Notes under the pieces: generated by a model
Seen by the model: only the letters and a program-made list of their open reading frames with translations
The model's database searches: none
Told to the model about the DNA's origin: nothing
Part shown: piece by piece, positions 54,271-64,000 of the stretch
How positions within the stretch are numbered: the stretch's first letter is position 1
Layout: each line of letters opens with the position of its first letter
NCBI GenBank assembly: GCA_964016885.1
Contig: OZ024746.1
Location: 41,354,001-41,418,000, forward strand
Origin: Eledone cirrhosa
Taxonomy: Eukaryota
Direction: 5' to 3'
Length of the DNA stretch: 64,000 nucleotides
Position numbers and translations under genes: made by a program

Positions 54271-54627
54271 TAGATAGATAGATAGATAGATAGATAAATA
54301 AATAGATGGATAGATAGATAGATATATAGATAGATAAATAAATAGATAGGCAGTGCAGAAAATGTAGAAAACGACAATGCATTTACGCACAAATTAAGAA
54401 GTGCAGTGGTAGATTATTGAAGAATTACAAAATATTTTAGATCACTGCAAAAAATTCCACAGATTTTGATTTTAATTTCAACCTTTGGGTATATAATCAC
54501 TTGAAATGAAACTATGAAGTCCAATCATAGAGACTATATGAGTGATAATTTATAAAAGAGAAGTACAGCTTTATAGAAAACAAGTTTATAGATTTTCTCT
54601 ATAGGCAAACAGTAAAAACTATAATAG

Positions 54628-54830
54628 TGATTTCTAATTTTGGCACAAGGCCAGCAATTTTGAGGGTGGGGAAAGTCAATTAAATTAAACCCAGTATTTT
54701 ACAGTACATTGTTATCAACCCAACACTTTGAAAAGCAAAGTTTACCTTGGTAGGATTTGAACTCAGAATGTAAAGGACCATAACAGAACACTTTGTCTAA
54801 TGTTCTAATGATTCTGTCAATCCACCACCC
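54628..54830 (-). mobile_element. tRNA-derived SINE copy
   Basis: Reads tttggcacaaggccagcaa...ggatttgaactcag...tcaatccaccacc. Confidence 0.8.
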
Positions 54831-56818
54831 TAACTATTTATAATAATAACAAAGAGTGCCCAACTGAAACGAAAGGATCAGATTAGGGGCAGAATAGGGT
54901 GAAGTAGTAAAATTTCTTGCTCCAGCATGGCCTTGTTTATGATGACTAAAACAATCTACAGAAGCAAAGAAAACTAAAGAGCACAAATAATCTTTATAAT
55001 ATGAATAATTAAATGTATATGATATGGATTCGTAACTTTTGAGGGAGTTGTAGGGGCGCCATATTGACATACAACATTTCTAGGGCATTTTTAAAATCTG
55101 GCAGAGGCCATCTCCTCTCCAGGCCTGAATACAGTAGATTTCTTCCAGAGAAAGATAGAGAGAATGGGAGAAAAGAAGTGAGAAAGAGATATAGAGGAAA
55201 AATTGATCCAGTACGTGACTGGTACTTTTTTTATCGACCATGAATGGATGAAAGGCAAAGTTGCCCTCGGTGGGATTTGAACTCAGAAAGCAGAGAGCTG
55301 AAATGAATACTACAAAGCATTCTATCCGACGTTCTAATGACTCTGCTAATTTGCCACCCATTTAATGTATATATATGAAGTCAAATGACTGAGAGGTTAA
55401 AATGCTGGTGAAATAACTACATGATCATTGATCAAGAGTTCAAACCTTACAAAAACCAATTCTGCTTGCCCCAGTTTACTTGACAGATTCTATTATTACT
55501 TTCTGTTTCAATGGTTATAGTATTAAGAAGAGTATTCAAAAATAACCCCCCCCCCCCCCCCCAAAAAAAAAGCATCCCATCTATGCTGCAATGGAAAAAA
55601 AAAGACGAAAAACTGCAAAGAAAAGAATAAATAACAAAATAAAATAAATAAAGAATGATAGGTAAATTCTAAAAGCTATAGGTGTGGCCTCTGTTATAAT
55701 GCAACATAAAAAAAAACTTAGATGTATTGAATTTTTCCTATTTCTTTTATGTTGCATCATAAGATGGGCTCGGCTTAATATTTATGTAAAACAAAGCTAT
55801 TCTAATAATACATAGCAGTAGACTGCAATTTATGTGCTGTAAATGTGCCCATAATACAAGCAGCAATAATGCAATTGTCAGGAAAGAGATATAGATATAA
55901 ATCTCAAAGTATTCAGCAACAGTGAAAAGATAACTGTGTAGTCAATATTTATTGCATTGAATTCCAATAGCTTTAGGATTAATATATGCACAAATCACTT
56001 GTCTACTGGAATATAGAAGGAAAAAACTTTATTTTAATATTTTCAACATCTAATAAAATCAAATCACTTTTCGCGTCTGACTTAGTGTTAACGCCAAATG
56101 AGACAATATTTTATTGAAAACTGACTGACACAGCCATTATTGTTTCCAATTTCTACAGAGAAGTATGTGGCTGAAAAATATTTTTAGATTCATCATCACA
56201 ATACTGGCCAGTGATAGGCTTATTATCCAATACCAGTTTTGGAATATCAAAGATCAAGTGTACGCTTATATTCCTGTATCTATATTCATATCGACACAAA
56301 TAGTTATCTATTTTCATGCTTATTCGACATTGAACAGTAATGAAAGGATAGTAGAGCATGTGGAGGGGTGGGATAATGATAGAGATTACTATGTAAGGAA
56401 CCTTATTTCAATGTGGATTTAAGCCTCTGGGAATAAAGTGTTCAAATCTCTTGGACTGATTGGTTGATTGCAAAAGTGATATGGTATCCCAATAATGCAA
56501 ACATTCTCATTAGTAGTTTCAGGCTGATCATTGACTTTGTTAGATGCAACTGGAAGCTAAATTTATCAACAAAGAAGTGTGAAGTGAAGAAGACCTGGGG
56601 TAAATTAATGGGTTGGGAAGTAGGAGAAGTGGCGGGGTGGAAATTTAGATGCTGGATTAGAGTATCTATCTATCTATCAGTCATATTGCAAGCTTGCTAG
56701 GGTCAGTGCAAGGTTATATTTGAACTATTTACAATCGACTATAGTGACTACATCAAAACTGCCATCATCATCATGAGCATCATTAACAACAACAACAACA
56801 ACTACTACTACTACAACA

Positions 56819-56855
<37 letters not shown>

Positions 56856-57917
56856 TCCACACCACCACTACTATGAGTTTCATTAGCTTGGCATACTAAG
56901 TTCTTTTATGGATATGGGGTCAAGAGAAATAGTTCCTATCAAACTGAATTCTCCTTGAAAGCTTTCCCCTAATACATTACATAAATACAAAGTACTGACC
57001 ACTAAACAGACGACACACACACACATATATATATATGGCTGGCTGAACACACACATACTTTTACTAAAAAAGTTTTGTCCTAATCTCTATCTTTCTATTT
57101 CATCTTATATTTCTCATTCTAACTTCTGATGAAGGACTAGTGTCTGGAACATCAAGAATTTTTTCCTACTATATCAAACGTTAAACTAATATATTTCTTC
57201 ATTGTACTGTGTTGTACTGTGTGTGTATATATATATATATGCGTGTGTGATCTTAAACGATGATGATGATATATATATATATATATCATCACCGTTTTTT
57301 ACGTCCGTTCTTCCACGCTAGCATGGGTTAGATGGGTTGTCCTGTTGTGGGCAGTGTCCAGTCGGCTGACCTTGTCTTGCTCATATGGGAACTGATTCTG
57401 GCTTGATTTCTACAGCTGGATGCTCTTCCTAACACCAACCTCATTTACAGTGAGTGCTGGGTGCTTTTTCTTTTTCGTGGCGCCTACACATCCACTTTAC
57501 AGTGTGGGCTGGGTGCTTTTTTGCCGTGGCACCTCCACGACCACTTTGCAGTGGAATGATAGGGACTCCAGCCCTATCATCTCATTTCTACAGCTAGCTG
57601 AGTAAACTGGAGCAATGTGAAATATAGTGTCTTGCTCAAGGAAACAACACATCACCTGGTCCGAGAATTGAACTCACAACCTTTCGACTGCAAGCCCAAT
57701 GCTCTAACCACTAAGCCATGCGACAGAAAGAGAGAGTCTGCAGTGCTGAGACTGAGGAGACCACTAATCATGGGAGTACTCAATGCATGAAGGGATGCAA
57801 AGTGGGTATAGAGAAAGGTAAAATCCCAACTGCGGCACCAACCAGTTGCAGTTGCTGTTTTCAGCAAGCTGAACATACAAGCTGAAACTGCCTGCTGTTG
57901 TGGTCGAAATCTCTCTC

Positions 57918-57966
<49 letters not shown>

Positions 57967-57970
<4 letters not shown>

Positions 57971-58985
57971 CTAGCTCTTTCAATTGCGCAGGGGTTCTAT
58001 AGAAATAGTGGACAGCTTCCGTTACCTGGGCGATAAAATCAGCAGTGGGGGAGGGTGCTCTGAAAGTACAGTAGCTAGAGTCAGAACTGGTTGGAAAAAG
58101 TTCAGAGAGCTTATACCACTATTAGCTGCTAAAGGGTTCTCCCTAAAAATGAAAGGCAGGTTGTACGATGCCTGCATACGAACAGCAATGTTGCATGGCA
58201 GTGAGACCTGGGCATTGTGTGCAGAGGATATACGCAGACTAGAGAGGAACGAAGCTTGCATGCTCCGCTGGATGTGTAACAGTAATATACGTGAACGGCA
58301 AAGCATAAACGAACTAAGAAAAAAATTAGAGATAAGAGGGATCAGATGTTGTTTACTCGAGAGAAGGCTACGTTGGTATGGACACGTGATGCGCATGAAA
58401 GTCGATAGCTGTATGACAAAGTGCAGGGCAATAAAGATAGACGGTAGCCACGGAATAGGCAGACCTAGAAAAACCTGGGACGAGCTGATAAACTCCGACC
58501 TCACACACTTACACCTCTCCAAGACAATGTCACTGGACCGAGACCTTTGGCGGTACTCAGTAACAGAGAAGACCCGCCTTACCTAAATATATAGTAAAAC
58601 CTACTCCAGCCAGTAGGCATCTCTAACAAAATACACCCCGTCCCACCACCACCACCCCCACCCCATCCACACCACCCCGTTCTATGTAAAGTTATGTTGG
58701 TGCCGCGCCATCCAGGCCGAAACAAACGAGATCGTGTAGGTGTCACGACAAAAAAACACACAGTCCATGCTGTAATGTGGCCGTGTAGGCAACACGGTAA
58801 AAACCTCCCAGACCCACACTGTAAATGTGGTTGGTGTTAGGAAGGGCATCCAACTGTAGAAAACCTGCCAGACAGCCCTATGCGAGCAAGACAATCACTC
58901 TTGCCTCAAGTGGGACTACCCCCGTCCAAACCCATGCAAGCGTGGAACACGGACGTTAAACGTTGATGATGATGATGATGATGAT
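57967..58985 (+). mobile_element. Young 5'-truncated RTE-clade LINE, copy 2
   Basis: ORF 57984-58586 is nearly identical to copy 1. Same 3' UTR and (GAT)n tail. TA flanks. Confidence 0.95.
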
Positions 58986-58989
58986 ATAT

Positions 58990-59146
58990 ATTAGAAATAG
59001 GAGCTTTCACCGTATTTTTTGACTAAAGAAATTTTAGCCTGATAGTGGGGTTTAGAACCCTCAGAGAAATGGAAAAAGATAAGTATTGACGTACATGTAC
59101 GTCAATACTCATCTTTTCATCTACGGTGAAAGCTCCTATTTCTAAT
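58990..59146. repeat. Short element with perfect 25-bp terminal inverted repeats and an internal 28-bp palindrome
   Basis: attagaaataggagctttcaccgta (58990-59014) pairs with tacggtgaaagctcctatttctaat (59122-59146). Palindrome agtattgacgtacatgtacgtcaatact at 59082-59109. Confidence 0.85.
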
Positions 59147-59300
59147 TTCAAACTTGCTCACTGTTTCAAAGCATACTTACATATATATATATACCAACCA
59201 GAGGTATATGATTTTTAAAGCGATGAAATACCAATGAAGGTTGGAAGATCACCGATGAAGGACTAATTTTATTCATATATATATATATATATATATATAT

Positions 59301-59740
59301 AACGAAGGAAATATAGTAAGGAACCAGGTGGACTATAACGCACCAAAGTACTCAATACTTGGGGTAGTAGAGTGGGTAATAGGAACCAATAAGACCCCGA
59401 CAGCTGAGCTCAAGCCATTTCGACGGCTAATTCTGGACTAAATGAAAATTTATCCTGGTATTTAAATAGCCGATCTTCTCAAGGGGTAATTCCATATATG
59501 GTCAAAGTGATTGTCAAAAATCAGTAGTAATTCTGTGATTGCAAATTAGTAGGGGAGATGGTGGCTAAACCTGCCAGTAGGAGAAAGAGGGGAGGGGGTG
59601 GAGTAGACCCAATCAAGCGTTGGTAGTGCCAGCTACAGCTGGGCATGAGGTCAAAGAAGATACTGGGGAGGGGGAGGGGGAGGAAGTCGGAACGGTAGGT
59701 AGAACAATGGGGGGTAAAAATATAAATGAAAGAAAAATAT
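59301..59740 (-). mobile_element. Penelope-like pseudo-LTR / 3' UTR segment
   Basis: TA-embedded and repeated at 14349 and 29871. Pyrimidine-rich upstream tract on the minus strand. Contains a hammerhead fold. The PLE assignment is inferred because no ORF is attached. Confidence 0.6.
59394..59487 (-). ncRNA. Type I hammerhead ribozyme candidate with U3:A8 core variant
   Basis: Minus strand: acccc UUGAGAA ga(u)cggcua [37 nt] uagccguc GAAA uggcu ugagcuc agcu GUC ggggu. Stems I, II (G10.1:C11.1) and III and the GUC site are all present. Confidence 0.7.
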
Positions 59741-59757
59741 ATTACGTATATATATAT

Positions 59758-61390
59758 ATCATCATCATCATCATCATCAACGTTTAACGTCCGTGTTCCA
59801 CGCTTGCATGGGTTTGGACGGGGGTAGTCCCACTTGAGGCAAGAGTGATTGTCTTGCTCGCATAGGACTGTCTGGCAGGTTTTCTACAGTTGGATGCCCT
59901 TCCTAACACCAACCACATTTACAGTGTGGGTCTGGGAGGTTTTTACCGTGTTGCCTACACGGCCACATTACAGCGTGGACTGTGTGTTTTTTTGTCGTGA
60001 CACCTACACGATCTCATTTGTTTCGGCCCGGATGGCGCGGCACCAACATAACTTTACATAGGACGGGGTGGCGTGGGGGTGGTGGTGGTGGGACGGGGTG
60101 TATTTTGTTAGAGATGCCTACTGGCAAGGCGGGTCTTCTCTGTTACTGAGTACCGCCAAAGGTCTCGGTCCAGTGACATTGTCTTGGAGAGGTGTAAGTG
60201 TGTGAGGTCGGAGTTTATCAGCTCGTCCCAGGTTTTTCTAGGTCTGCCTATTCCGTGGCTACCGTCTATCTTTATTGCCCTGCACTTTGTTATACAGCTA
60301 TCGACTTTCATGCGCATCACGTGTCCATACCAACGTAGCCTTCTCTCGAGTAAACAACATCTTATCTCTAATTTTTTCCTTAGTTCGTTTATGCTTTGCC
60401 GTTCACGTATATTACTGTTACACATCCAGCGGAGCATGCAAGCTTCGTTCCTCTCTAGTCTGCGTATATCCTCTGCACACAATGCCCAGGTCTCACTGCC
60501 ATGCAACATTGCTGTTCGTATGCAGGCATCGTACAACCTGCCTTTCATTTTTAGGGAGAACCCTTTAGCAGCTAATAGTGGTATAAGCTCTCTGAACTTT
60601 TTCCAACCAGTTCTGACTCTAGCTACAGTACTTTCAGAGCACCCTCCCCCACTGCTGATTTTATCGCCCAGGTAACGGAAGCTGTCCACTATTTCTATAG
60701 AACCCTCTGCGCAATTGAAAGAGCTAGTATTGTGTGGGCACTTGCTGCTACTTATTGCACCAGAACACCGGCCACATGTAAAATCTATGTTCTTAGTTAG
60801 CTTACCTGTGATCCCACTACATCTTTTATGCACCCATACTTTGCATTTAGGACACAAAATGGAGTTTCTACCTACGCCTTTCCTACACACCGAGCACGAC
60901 CATTTCCCAGAAGGGACCGCCGCCTTGTTTTCTTTCCTACAGACTAGAACTTTGGTCTTAGCCAGGTTAATTTTAAGTCCTTTTGACTCTAGGCCGTGCT
61001 TCCATGTTTGGAATTTCTTCTCTAGCTCGGCCATTGATTCCGCTATGAGTGTCAGGTCGTCTGCGTATAGGAGTTCCCATGGGCAGCCTGTCTTGAACTC
61101 CTCTGTTATAGCCTGAAGGGCAATAATAAATAGTAGGGGGCTGAGAACAGAGCCCTGATGGACGCCAACTTTTACGCTAAACTCTTCACTATATTCGTTG
61201 TTAATTCTAACCTTGCTGACTGTTTCTTTATACATGGCTTGTATAGCCCTCACAAGCCATTCGTCAACGCCTAGTTTTCTAAGAGCCCACCAGATAATGG
61301 AGCGGGGGACTCTGTCGAAGGCTTTCTCCAAGTCGACAAAAGCTAAGTAGAGGGGTTTACCTTTAGCTAGGTACTTCTCCTGTAGTTGTC
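59758..61390 (-). mobile_element. Young 5'-truncated RTE-clade LINE, copy 3 (RT domains 3-7, PHD-like finger, C-terminus)
   Basis: Open frame RQLQEKYLAKGKPLYLAFVDLEKAFDRV...GVHQGSVLSPLLF...LLYADD...SFRYLG...RLRWYGHV. Has a 9-bp in-frame deletion and a ~28-bp deletion at the stop relative to copies 1 and 2. Confidence 0.97.
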
Positions 61391-61441
61391 ATATATACGT
61401 AAATCAGCACGTGCATTTTAGAATATGGTGGCAACTGAAAT

Positions 61442-61786
61442 TTTGAAAATAGAATTATAATCTTTTGCCATATTTTGACTAAAGAAAATAGTCAAATAAC
61501 AGAGCATATAAGCCCCCATAACAGAAAAAATAGACATCAGCACACATGGGAATCAAACCCACACCTCTTATAGTCTGGATAATTGTGCTAGACTGATCAC
61601 ACCAACCTGCCAGTGTGGGAAGACTGCTGTAATTAATCTAGCACACCTATACAGGCAATAAGAGGTGTAGGTTTGAGTCCCATGTGTGCTGATGTCCATT
61701 TTTTCTGTTATAGGGGATTAAATGTCTTGTTATTTGATTATTTTCTGTATCAAAATATGCCGAAAGCTTATAATTCTATTTTCAAA
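61442..61786. mobile_element. Fold-back element with ~130-bp+ inverted arms containing tRNA-like B-box sequence
   Basis: Left arm tttgaaaatagaattataa...cagcacacatgggaatcaaacccacacctctta pairs with right arm taagaggtgtaggtttgagtcccatgtgtgctg...ttataattctattttcaaa. Confidence 0.75.
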
Positions 61787-61801
61787 TATATATATATATA
61801 T

Positions 61802-62204
61802 TGTTATATTTAAGGATGGTCATGTTGCCAATATAGCTAAGAAAAACATATGATTTTTACTTCAGATTTATTATTAGTTATTCGTTTGTTTGTCAAAGTT
61901 CTTTTGTCACACATTCTGTGACTTCCTTAATGATGAAAGAACTTTGACAAATGAGTAACTAATAATTGTTTCTACTTTTGGCACAAGGCCAGCAATTACC
62001 CAGTGCATTACTGGTACTTTATTTTATCGACCCCGTAAGGATGAAAGGCAAAGTTAACCTCGGCGGGATTTGAACTCAGATCATAGAGGGCCGTAACTCT
62101 TTGCTGCAAAGCATGGCATCCGACCCTCTACCGATACTGCCAAACCACAGCTGAATTGGTTTTTATTAGCAATTATGGCAACATGACCATCCCCAAATAT
62201 AACA
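61802..62204. mobile_element. TGT...ACA element with ~45-bp TIRs (Ginger-like?) carrying a nested SINE (61963-62148 -)
   Basis: tgttatatttaaggatggtcatgttgcca pairs with tggcaacatgaccatccccaaatataaca. Flanks atat/gtat. A related left end is at 788-1000. Confidence 0.6.
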
Positions 62205-62253
62205 GTATGTGTTTCAACACACGATTTCACATTAAGAATCTTGCAGAATAAAT

Positions 62254-62284
<31 letters not shown>

Positions 62285-62980
62285 CATGTTATGTTCTGTA
62301 ACAAATGAATAATGAACAATTAAGATAAAGTAAAAATTGTATGGTGCGTGTGTTTGTATTGGCAATGTTGAGAACATGCCCATCCTCAAAGAAAACAATA
62401 TAAATATGTGCATTTTATATATCAAGTGGTATGTGGTATATTTATGAATAAACATTTGAAAGCTTTTAGCTATGAATTTAGGAAGCTGATGATGTAAAGC
62501 CATCAAATGAACCCCAGTAGAAGTAGGGGCAGGTATCTATTGACGGTCACCGATTCTATATTTGTGTAATTTCAGTTATATTTCCCACCAACCTTCATGT
62601 ATCTTTACTTATCTATGTACATGTGTATGTGTATGCATTTATTCACATCTCTACACTTGTTTCTCTGTCTGTTTGTGTGTCCATTCTCATGTCAGACTAT
62701 TTTTTATTCTTTCTCTCTCATCTGTCAATATGTAGTTATTATTCTATTCCTACACTTTATTGAGAGTTTCTCTCTGTTTCTGCTCTCCTTTGTATTTATT
62801 CTTATGTGTCATAATATTTTTTGTCATTAGTCATTAGTTTGTGGGGTGGTTGTTATTCCATTCTTGCTTTCTATCAGAGGTGGGTATATTTTCTATTGTC
62901 TTGGAGGTCAGTAGCCCTCTTTGAATACTGAGTTGGTCTGTGAAGACCCATCCTATCTTTGCTAGCAGAGAAAGATGCCA

Positions 62981-63196
62981 TTAGCCCTTTAGCATTTAAA
63001 CCAGACATATCCAGCCAAAATGCTCTCACTTCTTTCTGTTCAAAATGGCTGTAACAGGTTACTTATACTGATGTTAAGGTCTTGTTCTAAAAATAAATAA
63101 TATCAAAATCTCGTTAATTCGATATTATATGAGATAAAGTGTTTACCATGAAAATACAATAGTAAATATAGAATAATGTAAATGCGAAAGGGTTAA
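62981..63196. mobile_element. MITE family A copy
   Basis: Reads ttagccctttagcattt...aaatgcgaaagggttaa. Confidence 0.75.
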
Positions 63197-63257
63197 AAGA
63201 TGATGATGTTGATGATGATGATGATGATGATGGGCGGCTTTCTAAATCTGCATTGGT

Positions 63258-63443
63258 TTAGTGTGTAGATATGATATTTGTCTTAATGTTTTCTAACGAG
63301 ATATCATGTTCTAGTTTGGTATGTTGGTACAACACAGACGAGCTTTTCATGTCTTTTGGTTCTTGTAAGTACTCTGCTATCATTTTTCCTGTATTAAAAG
63401 CCATTGTTGCTATGTATGCTATACATAGGAAAAAATGGCACAT
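63258..63443 (-). pseudogene. Probable Penelope-like GIY-YIG fragment
   Basis: SSVLYQHTKLEHDISLENIKTNII resembles the S.L..H....H....N..I segment of PLE endonucleases. Confidence 0.45.
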
Positions 63444-63709
63444 AATATAATTCTTTCATCTAATCATTAAATAAATAATATTCATTGTAATTTGTTCTCT
63501 GTGATTGTTTTTATTATTTTTATCGTTTTTACTCTTTTATATTGCACTAGGTGTGTGTGTATATATGCAAGCATGTGTGTGTGTGTGTGTGTGTGTGTGC
63601 AATTAAACATGTCTGTATTAGTCTCTTAACTGTGTATTTTTATAATCTTTATTGTAGGAATATTACCTTATTGTTTAAGTCTGAAATTGTTTATTTTAAA
63701 TGTTTTGTT

Positions 63710-64000
63710 ATTGGGGTTACTTCGAAGGGTCTTTGGAGTAACGTTACTCGATAGAGTGTGTAACTCAGAGATCAGAGAGTCACTCCAGGTAGAGCTGCTA
63801 CTTTTCCTAATTGAGAGATTACAGCTCCGATGGTATGAGAATATGATTAGAATGTTTCAGGAAAGAATTGCTGGACAGATTTTACAAACAAAACCAACAA
63901 GCAGGAGACCCAGGAGTAGACCCCGAGCAAGATGGCTGGATAACATCCATGAGCTCGGCTGGTCTTGCTTGGAGATCCAGCTGGCTCAGTTAGAGATGGT
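63710..64000 (+). mobile_element. Rex3/Expander-like RTE LINE C-terminal fragment running off the window
   Basis: Reads LRRVFGVTLLDRVCNSEIRESLQVELLLFLIERLQLRWYENMIRMFQERIAGQILQTKPTSRRPRSRPRARWLDNI (not in the ORF track). Confidence 0.8.

Overview
AT-rich, repeat-dominated eukaryotic DNA. The SINE/LINE types and the long (TA)n and (GAT/GGT)n tracts suggest a coleoid cephalopod (Octopus-like); this is inference. No host protein-coding gene can be supported, and the long ORFs in the track are translations of microsatellites or retroelement fragments. The window holds three young, nearly identical 5'-truncated RTE-clade LINE copies (the longest carries a PHD-like C4HC3 finger inside the RT), older RTE, CR1 and Dong/R4 fossils, Penelope-like fragments, many tRNA-derived SINEs, several small DNA-transposon relics, a 53-bp satellite and very large cryptic trinucleotide arrays. 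The most interesting signal is a set of hammerhead-ribozyme motifs in TA-embedded Penelope-like repeats. One is a complete type I fold with the rare U3:A8 core variant (59394-59487, minus strand), and fold-back copies of its 3' half occur elsewhere in the window.
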